Shown here: positions 12,311-26,224 of the stretch, piece by piece
Layout: the number at the start of each line of letters is the position of its first letter
How positions within the stretch are numbered: the first letter of the stretch is position 1
Assembly (NCBI GenBank): GCA_012026655.1
Contig: JAAILG010000176.1
Coordinates: forward strand, 62,001 to 126,000
DNA length: 64,000 nt
Direction of reading: 5' to 3'
DNA from: Hydrolagus affinis
Taxonomy: Eukaryota
Position numbers and translations under genes: made by a program
The notes under the pieces: generated by a model
What the model was told of the DNA's origin: nothing
The model's database searches: none
What the model saw: the letters and a program-made list of their open reading frames with translations, nothing else

Positions 12311-13749
12311 TTGGAGATGACTTATCTGGATAGTCAGTGAGCAGATTCGTATTCCTATAATACAAAGCTATGTTAGTCACATTATAGTTTCTATTTGAAG
12401 TTGGACCCATCTTTGTTTTTCTTAATGAGCTTTCTAAGTAGAGAGCACAATTTACGTATAAGCAGCGTCTCCATGTGTCCTAGTCTATAGATTTTCAATG
12501 CAGTTGAATGCTTCAATATGGCATTCCAAACTTCCACATGTCTATTTCTACTGTGAACCAACACTGCTGTTGGTCATCTGCGGGACTACCAACCAGGTAC
12601 CGACCAGGAATGGAGAAAGTAATACCCTAGCACAGAAGAAGCATACTTCAAAGCATTTAAAAGTTTACAGCAGATAAATAACATAGCAAAGGAATTATAT
12701 GGGCTTCGAATGATCTCTTTTGATGAAGTATAGGTATATAACTACCGAGCGTCTCTATCACTCTATCCTGGTCATCTCATAAAGTCTGGCCTTGGTGGGA
12801 CTGAGAACTGATGGTGCAGTGACAGCCATCAGAAGCATGGTGGTACAGTACTCTAAAGCAGGAAAGAAATATGAAGATATTATATTGATGAAAAATGTCA
12901 ATAAACCTTGTGAAAAAAAAATGTGAAAGCTGCCAGCTCTGAGAATGATCACTGCCTGAGGAATGTGCGGCAGCGAGGAAAGAAAAGAATCGTACCTTCC
13001 CAACACATAACAGAGAAAGAGAGAGAGAGAAAGCTGTCGATGCAAAGCTTTTGGCAGCTTTTGACCTCATTGTCCTGATCTGATTTTACAGTTCTATTAC
13101 TTTTGCCATGTTGTAAACTGAAGCATATCTGTAGCTGCAGATTTATGCTCCAATAATAAGTTCCGATGCTGCACTTGCCATTTGTATAAGTTTAAACCAG
13201 TCAGCAGATTTTGCAGAGATCGCCAATTTCATGACTCCGTTCGGATCTTGTGCCCATAAAATTAAGTTATTATCACTGTCAGTGATTCTATTCCTGGTGT
13301 AGTCAAACTGCTCGCTTTTTGTGTAAGACTTATCTTCATTCAGTTTTGCTCGTTCTCCATGGATGCAACCCATTTGTAAGCATGTTTTCGCAGGTGCTAG
13401 TTAATGAAACATTTCCAACATTTTGCAGGTACAAATTAGATCCTAACAGATGCCTTTGGGACTAACTGCAAATTATATTGTCTGTTTCTTACCATGTAAT
13501 GAGGATTTCTGGGAACATGACAATTTTTCATCCCCATTGTCTTGTTTTCATTGTATTATGTTTCAAAAATCCTTGAAAAGAATTGGCAAGCATCAATCTT
13601 GTAATGTTAAAATGTGTTCAAAATAGTGCAGTTAAGGACGATTCTGTTAGAAGGATTTCCTGCAAAACACCAATTTGCGATGATGACAAATTAGATAGCA
13701 ATCAACATAGGATAATATTTTCCATTGTACAATAATGATAATATCACAA

Positions 13750-13920
13750 TAATAATAAAAATCTTTGCATTTTGTATAGTACGCTTTCATGTCAAAACAT
13801 CTCAAAGTACTTCATAGAATTTTCTGCAAATTATAGAGAATTATTCAAAAGTGCATTTCTAAGTGAACGCAGAAGCCAATTTCACACAGCTGTAGCCTCA
13901 AACAGCCATGAAGTGAATGC
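13750..13920 (-). mobile_element. Deu-type SINE 3' fragment
   Basis: aataataaaaatctttgcattttgtatagtacgctttcatgtc…ctcaaagtacttca…agccaatttcacacagc. Confidence 0.7.
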
Positions 13921-14167
13921 ATCCTTCTTTTCTTTGGATGTATTATTAACCAAGACTCCAAGCAAAACACCCTAAATTCCTTTTGGAACAGAAATAAACT
14001 CCACTCTGCTGTTAGGAGCATAGTTAGGAGGCTAACTATGGAGGCTAACTAACTGGCTAGTTAGGAGGTTGTTCAGTATTTTATTGCACCTTAAAACACA
14101 AGGAACCAATGATAGCTACATAGGAACACAATTCTTTCATCCTGTTGGTTAAAGCCGGGAGCTTTTG

Positions 14168-14270
14168 AAATAATAATAATAATAATCCTTGCATTTGATA
14201 TAGCACCTGATCACATCTGCAAGATGTCTCAAATTGCTTCATAGAAAATACAGTAAAGTGAATTTTTATT
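14168..14270 (-). mobile_element. Deu-type SINE tail fragment
   Basis: (aat)n ccttgcatttgatatagcacc…gtctcaaa…cagtaaagtgaatt. Confidence 0.8.
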
Positions 14271-16414
14271 TAACCTCCTTGGTTGTGAAATTCCCACAAC
14301 TCCTTTTTTTTCACTCTTACAAGCACAGGGTTGACTTTGTGTTGACTTTAGCCCACTTGCCAATTCTTTGCATGTTTTGTCAACCAAATGTCGTCCTTTC
14401 AATACTTGGGGCAGTAATTGTGCTCTGACCCTGTCATTTATTTTGATTCTGAAGGATTTATTGACCTTTATTATAAATATATAAGGGCATTACATGTCCA
14501 TACTGTTGAGAGTGTAAAATATCTTGAAGGTTCTGCTGACTGGGTGTACAACCGGCTGCTATCAATCACATTTACAAGGTGTCAATATTCATTTGGCTCA
14601 GATAGCAGTGGCATCTCTAGCAATTGTGGTGAAGGTGTTTGAAGGAGGGAATCTTAACACAATTTGTCATCCTCTCATCCATAGTTATTTAATAGAAATG
14701 CCAAACTCCTGAACTATTCTGGGCGGTGTTTTGGACACTTTAGAGATGAGGATTGGCAGCCGCCGTGGAGAAGAATCCAAATCCCGTTTGGTTAAGGTAC
14801 AAAGTGGAGTAACCTTGACCTGCAATAGGAGAAATTAGGCAAATTGTGGTGAGCTATCAGGCAAAATCAGGAGATTACCCAACCAGGAACAGATTACATT
14901 GCACTAGATATAAACTAATGCCTGGGTTCAGCTGCTGAAATGCATACTTCTACAATGCCCCAAGGCTCTGGGTTTCTATATTCTGCAGAGTTTGGAGTTG
15001 AGCAAACTATCCCACCTATTAATTCCTGGCCTCCGAACCTCTTCCAAAAAAACAGGTTGAGATTCTAAAGAATAATTTATGGTACTTGCTTCTCCCCCTT
15101 AACTGCACCTTCCTGTGAGAACTTTTGATTCCAGTTAAGTACCTCATATACTCTGACTCAAAAAAGACTTTTTGTAATGGCTCATTATGAAACTCCATTA
15201 GCAAATCATATCATCAAGTGATGTACACAGTATTGATAAGCCTTTGGAGAATTGTCTTCCCTTCCAGAGCTTTCAGCACACAAGGTTGACTTTGTATTGA
15301 CTTTAAATGTAATCAATAGCTCTCTGTTCATTTTCAGAAGGATGTCTTATCTTTCATTTACTTGATCCCGTATATGTATGTAGAAACCTTACCTCGGAAA
15401 AGATAATATGCCAATAGTTCACTGCTTATTACAATACATGTATTTTTCCTTCTACAGTGTAACCAACACCTGAAAGATCCAATGAAAATAATGTGTCTTT
15501 ATTCAGTATGCTTCATGATTCATATAAATATAGTTGCAACGAGAAAGGATTTCTTCAGTATCAACTGTTGAAAAGAACTATAATATTCTTTCTCCTGTTT
15601 TTGCTGCTTTGTGTTTTAAGCAACATGTGTTGTTTACACCATCTGGAGCCTTGGCTTTGGAGGAGTTATTGAGCCCAATAGTATCATCGAGCTTATTTAG
15701 CCTTTGTAGTTGGGATAACTAATCCCGGGCCCTTCAGCAATCTCTGTTGTTTACACTCTGTCAGCTCAATATGCTTTTGCTGTCTGCGTCAATATGAAGT
15801 TGGCCGTTTGGATAATGTACTCCTCGTAACTCCTGGTTTGGCATTCACAGCACTGAGGTATCGGCCAATTGTGAGTCGATGTGAGTCAACTACCCCCACA
15901 AAATCCCTGTTTGTCGATGAAACAAAAGGAACGCAAAGCCCGACAACTGAGCACAGATGTGGATTTGACCTTTTCTAATACTAAATTGTTTCTGAAAATA
16001 AAATATCAAGTGAATTGGGTTGGAGGAAAATACTTACGACTAAATATCCAACATTTTTTCCAACTCTACGTGAAGCAGATTGAAGTTGACATTCAGTAAA
16101 GGGGAATGACATGATGCAGAATGGCAGAGTTAAACCATCGCACTGTGCAATAAGACTTTGCTCTGCCTCTTGGCTCGCGATGGGTTTGGACACATTAACT
16201 AGTCTGAGGTCTATTCCCAAAAGATGCTATCTGCACTCCTGGTTTTACACAAAAAAAGTTAAAAATAAAATTAATTGCACCAACTCCTCAATAATTTCTC
16301 ATTTGAATTTTCTCTTGAATTCAGCTGTTCTACTTTTACGCTAGCTGTTGCTCTACTTGAATTTCTGGTATTTATATGCTATCGACTGCGTATTATTTGA
16401 TGCACACCATTATT

Positions 16415-16697
16415 ATTACTGGCTCCGGCCTCCTGCTTGTCCCTCGTGCCCTCCATTCCACTGTTGGTGGCCACACTTTCAGCAACTACCCCCACAATAC
16501 TCTGGAACACTCTTCCTCTATCCCTGTACCTTGCCCCTTCCTTCCCCATCTTCAGTTCGTGTCTGAGGACCTTCCTCTTCGACCATTCCTAATGTCCCCT
16601 CCCACTGGCTTGGTGTTAAACTCTAACCACTGTCAAATGCTTTGGGACACTACCGTGTGAGAGGGGCACTATATAAATGCAAGGAAGTTGTTGTTAT
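16415..16697 (+). mobile_element. L2 LINE 3' fragment, degenerate
   Basis: C-rich body (ccactttcagcaactacccc…tctggaacactcttcctc) and tail tgctttgggac…gtgagaggggcactatataaatgcaag. Confidence 0.75.
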
Positions 16698-19329
16698 TTG
16701 AAGTAATGTGCCCAACACGGCATTTATACTACTGGAAATGAAGCGTTTGCGTTTGTTTTGGAGCTAAGTAGTGAAATGAAGGGTGTGGAGAACCAGTTAA
16801 ATATTCTTCTTTTCTCATTGTATCGTGCCATTAGAAATCAAGTGTTCAATTTTAGAAGATGCTTTTTTCCTTGTGCGTTATTAAAGATCTGGTCATTGAA
16901 CCAGCTCTTGAATAACAGCAAAAACCTGTCGCTGAAAATTCTCAGGCCATTAATTTAACTAGCCAAGGAGTCATGGGGAACCATTCAATATTCAGAACAA
17001 ATCAACACACTCCTCACATCGACTCAGCCCTAATCCCTACAATTGTGCATTTTACAAGCAGCAGATGCTAAAACTACAGACTGTGGAAAGTTGTTCCTTT
17101 AGAATCTGCATGCACTGAGCCTTCAAGATCAGAAATTAGTCATCAACAGTGAAAGGATAAAGAAAAGTTAGATGGAAAATCTAAGCAAGAGATTTGATTG
17201 CATTTAGACTAAGCAAGGATAAAATCATCATTTGTGTTTTCTCGTGGGAAAGGTGGGAAATAAATATATGCATTATATTGAACAGGAAATTGAGAAAAAA
17301 AACAGTACAGTAATGTTACCCAGTGTCTTTACCAGAACAGTCAACTCAGATCCAAGGCAATTGAAATCCCAAATTTTCCAACAGCTCTTCCTGTTACTTT
17401 GACATCCCCGCACACCATATTCTATATAAATGGTAAGAGAGACTTTCCAGTCGATAATTCAGATTCTATCCTCACTCCCCGCTGCAAAGTCAAGGATCTC
17501 GATCCCTCCCTTACCTCCCTCAGCCTTCCTTCCTTTCTTTCTTTGTTCAGTCTATATGGCTTTGAAACCCAACCGTGCTGTCACCAGCCAGCCACTTCTT
17601 CTTGACGTGCTCCCTTCAATCTCGTTGGTAGGTTACACTGGGGACCTGACCCTTCGCCCGGCTTCTCGTCTTAAAAAGTAAAGTTGTGTCAGACCTTCCC
17701 AGGTGAAACAATGAAGAATTGTGGTGGAAGTTAACAGAAACAATCTGAAAGTAACAAATTCAATTTGTAGCTCCAGGAACAGGAATGCAAACTGTGTGAA
17801 ATGTAAAACAAATGCACCTTGTGTGTATATATATATTCAAAGCTTTTATTCTACATTTGACCATTTGCATTTGCATCTTTCAATTTTGAATGGCAATGGT
17901 TTCCTTACACAGAATCGTGAGGCTCGTCTTCTGAGGGAATCGCATGAAATATAAACGCATTCATGACTGACCTATTTCACATCTAATTTAAAATGTAATT
18001 GAAGTGTAGATAGTAGCAGGCATCTTGAAACAGGTGATGGCTATGGTATCAATTCAAGGGTTATATCTTTGAGGGACATTAGAGCTGCATTTTACAGCAC
18101 GCTCCATCTCAGAATAAAACATGAGTGATGAGTCATTGCTTTAATATTCCATCTTAAGGCTCACGATTTGTGTGGAGTAAAAAAAATCCTGTATAGCTGT
18201 TAATACTCAGATATTTCTAAATGCATTTAGTTCCACCCAAGTGAATGTATAAGTGCCAACTACTAATGTCAACAATGTAATAAAAAAAGTATTCTATTTT
18301 TTCTCCTAATGCACTTCCTATTCCCTTATGTTAATGGAAATCCCAAAGTTATGCCATGTAATTTGGGAAAATATTTTTATATTCTTCTGCCATCAATTTT
18401 ACACTGAGTAGTTCTGCTTCGCAAGCTGAATGTCTGGATTAGTCTGCTTTTTTTTATTATTATTTTACTTATCAAAGAAGTGCAGAGCGCTAAAATTGGG
18501 AAATAAAATTCAGCAAGTCTTTTCATTGCAGTCTAAAGTGCTTTATGAATTGAGATGAAATCTGCTGTTACTCCTATTTCTTCAACGCAATTGATGAGTT
18601 AACTTATGATTTGTAACAGAAATGACTGCTTGCTTATTGTCCCTGGATGGCAATAATGGACTTCAACCGGACACTGTACCAACAGAACCATTCTCAAAAC
18701 TCTCGCCTCCGCCACAGCCTCTGTGAGATGAAAGGGTCTATGTTCTCAATATGACTTTGCCATTAGTTGGCAAAAGCCACAGAAGCAGAAACTATTCCAT
18801 CCCACGGTCTCGCAGCAGGCTCTCAAACGCTCGCCCTCAGCACTGACAGGCAGCCGTAGAAATCCAATCCATGACCATCTAAGTGTGGTACAAGCACTCC
18901 CCCACTAACAATAGTCAGGATTTAACAGAGAAAGGGATTTGCATTTATTTATCTTTTGTAAACATATGCAAGCTTGGCGATAATGTCCCACTCTCTCAAA
19001 TTGAGCTTCTTATCTAACTGGCAGCTAAAATGGGTGGTGATATGAGAAAATGTGTTTTGACAGGAGGAGGCTTGCAATTTGAATCAGCGGATGACTGTGT
19101 CAAAATGTTGCCAAAATAACTGATATAACCCACAGCAGGTGGCCTGATAAGAGAAAGGATCAGCCACATTGAAGCTTTTATACACCTCAATCCTTGAATA
19201 AAACTCTATTTGCACAACCAATAGAACTCAACCATGCTCATCGCAGACAGAACTATCTTCAGAAAGAGACGACAAACACGTCCTGGCCATCAAGTCATTA
19301 CAACTCCCAGCATTCGGGCTGATGGTAAT

Positions 19330-19440
19330 CATATGTTTTGCTTTGTGGTACTGTAGTGACTGTAGAATTGTGATGCGTTCTGAGACGTGAGCCTTCATGA
19401 AGGCTGTTACAGAAACACAAGTAGTTTTTTTTTGTTGTTG
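19330..19440 (+). mobile_element. Old SINE/L2-type tail
   Basis: tgtgatgcgttctgagacg…tgaaggctgttacagaaacacaagt resembles the shared Deu/L2 tail. Confidence 0.45.
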
Positions 19441-20149
19441 CAAGTAATTGATTGGGGTTTCCATGCTCCACCAATATTTCATTGCCATCCATGAAATGGC
19501 CATAATTAACCTTTGGTTGCCGCACACCAGCAATGGCATTTATGGTGTTATAGCTTGCTCTGTTCCTTTCAATATTTGGCTATTTGAAGACGTTTCAGAG
19601 CCCTTGAGGAGGGTAGATGGCTGCACTATTTGTACTTTCTTTCTCAGCAACTTTAATTGACTTAGTTCCTTCTAATAAACTGGAGGCCATATTCTTGTGG
19701 GGTTTTTTCCCAATATATTTTTTCAAAGAATTGACTGCAGCCTTTATTTTCGTTGAGAAATACCAGGATAATTAGATTACACAAGTGAACCAAATAGATT
19801 GGACTATTGTTCGGAGTGTGAATGACTTTGATTTTGTGTGACATGTACTCTGTTTTCTTTCATATTTGTGGCAACCTGCAGCATTGATTAAACCAACACT
19901 TAAGAAATCTCATTTGCCCGAAATGATACTTCGGTTCGAATATAGCAATGTTAGTTTAGTTTTAAGTCAGCTCAGAACCAAACGTCAAGACAATTATGGT
20001 GTGCCCAAAGAAAAAAAAAGTCGGAAATCGAACAACTTCAAACCAATCAAAACCTGAAGGGTTTGTCTGTGTTGGGCTTAGTCTGACATGTATCAACTGT
20101 AGCTGAGCAACAAGAAACCAGTTTCATTGCCAATCCTACTGATTTGATT

Positions 20150-20385
20150 CGGAATTCAGTCACCTCACTCTCTGGAATTCTCTACCCCGATTCCTCCACC
20201 TCACTCCTTTTGTACCTTGTCTTTAAATCCCACTTTAGATCCAATCTCCTTGATTTTGCCTGTGGTCATCTTTCCCTGCCCTCCCCCTTTTCCCTTGCTC
20301 AGGGTCAGATCCCAGTGCCGTGAAGTGCTCTGAAACTTCATCGCATGTGACAGTACAATATAAATGCAATTTACTTTTGTTGTGC
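20150..20385 (+). mobile_element. L2 LINE 3' fragment
   Basis: ctctggaattctctaccc…ctttaaatcc…gtgaagtgctctga…atataaatgcaa. Confidence 0.7.
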
Positions 20386-21064
20386 TTCCTTTGGTTTAGT
20401 CAAACCTGTCTTTCAGACATCTCAAGGGCTCTTTTGTCATCAAGGAAGTTGATCAGAAGAGAATCCGTCGTGAAGGACAACAACAAAATTGGATTTGTAT
20501 AGCGCCTTTCAAGTCAGGAGGACGTCCCTATATCAGCACTGTACCAAATGCATGGATTATTATTATTATTATGAGTGCCAAGGAACTGGATCAGACATGC
20601 GAGTGGCAGTTCAGCTGAGTAAGCCAGACAGACTTGTCAAGTGACTACGCTAGAAAGAATAAGAACTTACAATGAAATCTCTTTTGGTTATTTAAATTGT
20701 GCCAATATCCTTTAAAGTCATGGTGAAAATAAAGATCCGATGGTTTGAATGGGAATGTCATTTATTCCGCATGAAAGTTGCTGGCACTCTTACCAGGCAA
20801 AACAAACGGCTGGGCATAATTACTGTGCTGCTCACAGACCTTTGACTGTAATGTTTCTAACGCGAATGGAGAGCTGACGTAGTTCCTTTCAGTGGTTGGC
20901 TATTTCAAGGTGTTTCAGCCTGAGTTGTTTTTAAACTTCCAATGTCAAAGTCACCAGTACGTTAAGGTACAATACCAGTGGTGCAAGATCACCACTTTCA
21001 GCACACTCACTGCATGTTTGTCTTTTGCGCAATGTGATATTTTGCATTGTATCAACGCCAAATG

Positions 21065-21180
21065 TTAACAATAAAAATCATTGCATTTGATATGGCAATT
21101 TATCACACTCTGGGTGTCTCAAAGCACGTCATGGGGTTTAGTGTAAAGTGTAGTGGCTGTGTATTTGTAGGCAATAAATA
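21065..21180 (-). mobile_element. Deu-type SINE tail fragment
   Basis: ttgcatttgatatggca…gtctcaaagcac…gtaaagtgtagtggctgtgtatttgtaggc. Confidence 0.7.
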
Positions 21181-21949
21181 ACCATATTTATTGACGTATT
21201 TCTTTCTTTAGCTGGATAAATTATTTCTCTGTGTTTTTCCCTTTATCTCTTCTGTCCGCAACACATCTTGATTTTGTTTGCGACACCTATACCAGAGAAA
21301 ACGTCTGCTCGTATCTCGTGATGGGCCAGCTGTTATTTAACTAGGACGCTACCAAGAAATTTACTTGTCTTGACGCAAACCGAGTTCCACTTTATTAACA
21401 GCAGCCTAAGATAATGGAGTACCTGGAAATGGTCATGATCAACTGGGGATCCAATTTCAGTAAGTGTACAAAACAGCAATTTAGGTTTCACTTCAGTCTG
21501 AGCATTGTTATGGAACTTTTCCTTAGGAGACATATGGCTCTGTAATTCAAGCAGTTGTTGATGTCTAATAATCGTCAACAAAAATAGAAAAGTGTAACAG
21601 ATTGTTACAGCTGGTGTGTTGAATAATGTAAGGATTGGACCTTGAAGGCCTAGATGTAAAAAGGCTTGATGCCTAACCTCCCATTTCTCGATGGAAATGG
21701 CAAGGGGGCAAAAGTACTGATGTACAGTTCACAAATCATGCTCTGAGCTGAGCAAGTCACTATTTAATGACAATTGCCCCCTGTCCGTCCCCTCCCAACC
21801 CTCCATGCAATTTTGTCCCAAATCAAAACACTTTTAAGATTATAAGTCATTATATTTCAAATATTAAATAGAATGTGTGATACATTTTTCTATACATTTA
21901 AAATTCTTATAAGCAAAGATGTCCCTTGCCCCAAGCCCATTCTATAAGA

Positions 21950-22060
21950 ATAATAATAATCCTTGCATTTAATACAGTTTTGTGCATTTCATGTAGGGAG
22001 CATGTCTCAAAGTATTTAGTGTGAAGAGTATTTACTGTGTATTTTATAGTCAAATGTTTC
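21950..22060 (-). mobile_element. Deu-type SINE tail fragment
   Basis: aataataataatccttgcattt…tgtctcaaagta…actgtgtatttt. Confidence 0.65.
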
Positions 22061-22327
22061 AATCAATCTTCTTAAAAAGTTAAAGACATTCTCATGTAAA
22101 GAGGGAACCAGAAAGTAATATTTTTCTGATGGAATCTTCCCACTTTCTTCTCAATATTTTTCTTTTCACTGGGATCATAGAATAATGTTCTCGACTTAGT
22201 TTAAACCTGATTTTCCTTGTGGGGTCAATGGTGTTGTTCAGACATTTTATTTTATGGTTTTTAATTATGGTGAACTAAATATTTAATCAAAGCCCAGATC
22301 AGTGGAATACTATATGAACAACAGACA

Positions 22328-22645
22328 GGAGTGATTTTATTGAGGTATTTAAAATAATAAAGGGATTCGATAGAGTAGATACAGACAAACTATTTTGTCT
22401 GTTGGGGGAATCCAGAACAACGGTGCAGAATCTGGAAATTTGAGCTAGGCCATTTAGATGTAAAATCAAGAGGCAGGTTTTCACCCAAAGGTAGATATCT
22501 GGAACTCTCTCCCCCAAAAGACTGAGGTAGATAATTGGTATTTGTTAGATAAGGGTATCAAGCGATATGGAGCAAGGACAAGTAATTGTGGAGTTGAGGT
22601 ACAAATCAATCATGATCTTTTAGAATGGTGGAAAAGGGCCCAAAT
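22328..22645 (+). mobile_element. CR1 LINE 3' end
   Basis: Reads SDFIEVFKIIKGFDRVDTDKLF then tggaactctctcccc (WNSLP), the CR1 ORF2 C-terminus, followed by CR1 3' UTR. Confidence 0.85.
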
Positions 22646-23814
22646 CATAAACATATAATATGTTGCAAATGGAATTCTAGCAACAAGAATGAAATCCCTT
22701 TTAAAATAAATATGATCATTTTTATTTAATTTCATTTGTTTAGGATTACCTTACATGATTCTCAATTTCAAGTCTTCAATTTGGACAGAGAAGCTCTGCT
22801 AAAAAGCAACTGATCCATAATCTTACAGATTCAGACAGGGATTTCTGTGAGATAATACAACAGGAGAATCCATTCAAACTCAAACAATAAATCAGGTGAT
22901 TCTGACACATTGATCTGTGGATAATCTCTGGTAATGTATAATATTAAATTAAAGCAACAAAGGACTGTTCCTTATCAAGACTGTACTCCTAATGTCGAAA
23001 GCTCCTGCCTGCAGTGAAGATATTGTAATTGCCACCCATGTGTTGCGATCAACAAAAAGCATGTGACATGTTTGGCAGAACAGCAGGGAATAGGAACACT
23101 AATTTTCATTGAGTTTAGAATTCACGGGTGGAAGAATGACATAAAGGTTTTTGAAGTGTTTGTTCCGTCAGGTTTGCTTGCTTTTAGAGGCGTTGATTCC
23201 TGTTGTCTCAAAACTCAACCTTAAACTCTCAAGAAAGAAACACTCAAAATTACTGCACACAGGAGTTATTTTTGGAAAGCAGTGAATGAGTTGGTGTTTC
23301 AGGGGTAGTCTGAAGACATTATGTGGTGAGCATTATTCTTCTGTGATCTAAATTCACTGCCTATTTTATTAAGTAGATGAAAAAAATTGCCAATAAACAG
23401 CTTTGATATGAGAAACCAAGCAAACGTAGGTAATTGGAAATGCAGCTGAACTGAGGTGGGGCTTGTGGGCTCATTATGCTTTGAAAATATTTGCATTCCT
23501 GACCCTAAAACTACAAAGCATTAGATCTGGGCTGTAGGATAAAAAGTCTTTGTTATCCTAATATGAACCTACATCTTTTTATAATGATAAATTACAAAAG
23601 CAATGGTTGTTTTCCTTTCTCTAAAACAAATTGTATTCTTCTCATTGAATTTTTGCTGTGAAAATTAACTTTGAAACATAATGCACTTTCAGCAGAAGCT
23701 CGTAGAAGCATTATCCATTGTAAATTTGGTATTTGGGTAGAATACCATTACAAAAGGTGTAAATCAGGCTTGCAAGCCAGAGACATACAAAATATTTACA
23801 ATGATGCTATGTGT

Positions 23815-24565
23815 CGAATACTCATCCAAAGGTCAGAGGAGGCAGCAATGATCTTACAAAGAGAGCTGGATAGGTTATACACACTGGTTGTTCACTGATG
23901 AATTCAGATTAATGCAAAGAAATGCAAAGTACGACCATAGGAAGTAAGAAGAGGATGCACATGTCCTCCATGGATGGGATGGAACTAGCTAAGCAGAGAA
24001 CTAAAAAGCAATTTAGGGTTGTTAATTGAATCATTGCTCACTTTGCTAATGCAGTGTGATGCAGCAATAAAGGAGGCTAACAGGATTCTAGGCTTTATTG
24101 CCAAAACAATAAGGTTTAGATCCTCAGATATCATGTTCAGGCTATATTGTCCCCTGGTCAATACAATGTTTGTCCCTGTGATATAAGGAAGCAGGGACAG
24201 CCTCTGATGTTGGAGGAATGAGTTATGAGAAACGATTAGACAATGTAGGGTTCTTCAGTCTTTAAAGGTGAAATCCTCAAGGAGACCTTATGGAAGTATA
24301 TTGGATTTTAAATGGGACTGAAAAAACACATAAACCTAGAACAATACTGCATTACAGTAGAACTAGAGGATGTAGGTTTAGAGTAGCAAAGGTGTAATTT
24401 CAGGACCAGGAATTACCAGAAATGAATAACTGGAACAATTGCCAGGAAGAGTTGTTGAGGCCAGAATATTGTGACTTGTTTCTATATTAAAAAAAAGCTC
24501 AATGCTGTGAGTATTTTGGAAGGATGAGATCAAATAAACTGAAGTTTTTTTTTACCCCATCTGAA
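23815..24565 (+). mobile_element. CR1 LINE ORF2 C-terminal fragment, frameshifted
   Basis: LQRELDRL…NAKKCKV…ANRILGFI…MSYEKRL…GDLMEVY motifs with stops and indels. Confidence 0.85.
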
Positions 24566-26224
24566 CCACTCTTGATATGTAAAGAAAAGCACCATACTGA
24601 AAATAAGTCTTGCTGTCGCTATTGACGGGTTAGCAGTTTGTCAATCCAAATGTGTGAGGAATCGCTTGTATCTTCCACTTTCATCATAACTTGTTCATTC
24701 AATTCCTGGCATGAGGTATTTCAGATGTCATGCACTCATTCTCTATCATATGTGGCTGTGCTTTTCCCTAGTTTCCTAATCAAACAGTCTCTGGTTGAAG
24801 GATCACTCCTAACTCACACAATTGCTGCCCATATTAGAAAGTTAAATTGTGCTCGGTACGCAAAGGTGTTCCCAACATAGCAGCACCAGAGTTATGTGAA
24901 CAGACACATCTCATCTATCAATGTGCTTCCAATCTAATGTCTTGCTGGATTCAGAATTGTGCCTATGGAAGTGTTAACGGCTTCACAAAGAATAATTGGG
25001 GGAGAGGTGGGGCGGTGGGAAACAGCCCAATTAAATAAAAATCTATGGATCCAGTAGTCAGCTTTCCCAGCAGGTGATAACTTTCACAGTTGGGTGTCAT
25101 TCTTTACACTTTTGTTTCAATTTCAACTGGATGTTTAGTAATGGCTTTGCACTATTGATTTGAAAAATGCAGAACGGGATGCGAAAATTAGCAAGTCACA
25201 CGTTGTATTTCACCCCCCATTTTTCTTCTCTTCTCAATTGCTCCCGTTTTGTATGTTACCAGGAGTGTTGTGTGGTGTAAATCCACTTGGCACGGATATT
25301 TTGGTGCTGGAGATTCTAGGTCAAGTTGGGAGAAAATCTTTCTGAATTGGCCATTGTGTAGTTTGGGATCCAGGAAGACGATAGCTAACTTTGAAGCAAT
25401 AACAATGCATTGTACATTGCTTGTTCACATACTCCCGTAAATGCGCAACACACGTGAAATGTAGCAGTGAGAGCCATGGTGTACATGGTGCACAGAACAA
25501 AGGTAAAAATGAGCCCTAAAAGCAGAACCATCACAAGCAGTGACATAGTTCCTCACAGAGCATTACTGCTGTTTGGAAAGTTCCACCCAAACTCTTTGTA
25601 TTTTAAACACTTTAATAAATCAGACGTTACTTGAAATGTCATTCTGTTACATTGAAATGTCCTTGTTGTTTTCAATCTGTCGTGTCAGAATATTGGCCAC
25701 ATCTATTCATACAGCTTGATTCTCCCACAATCTGTTCTGTTGATGCAATAGGAATAACTTCTGGATGGTAATGAATACAATAAGAAGGATTTATGACCTT
25801 TCCTGATAGGCCATTACTTTCTGCCTATATGTAAATTAGGACTCTTTACAGTCAGTGAAATGGGTACATGAGTAAACAAGCTGAATGAGCTCCCCTAGGA
25901 AACCATGGGAAGTTAATGATCTTCCTTTGATTACAGTTAGGCAGAATTTAGTACAATCACAGAGTAATTAGGGAAGAAAATTAGATGGGAGCGAATGCAC
26001 AAACAGGTGTCCGTGATCCCAGAGATGGGAGTTTCTTGGTACGGGTGATCTAATGAAGAGAAATGACTATAGTTTCCAGAATGAATTATCATAACAGTGA
26101 TGTGTACAGCCACCTACCCGCCACGTACCCCCAGGATGAATATTGTGAGCAGAACTTCAGGGAGGTAAGCACCACCACAGCAGCTGGGGAACTGTAAAAC
26201 GGGAAGTTAAAGAGAAACCTTGGG

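Noticed and set aside
23671-23898. 75-aa ORF as a gene
   Set aside because: Its C-terminal part is decayed CR1 ORF2.
25005-25345. Possible Harbinger-like MITE remnants (also 1565-1770, 11900-12062, 45990-46190)
   Set aside because: I could not identify matching terminal inverted repeats or target duplications by eye.
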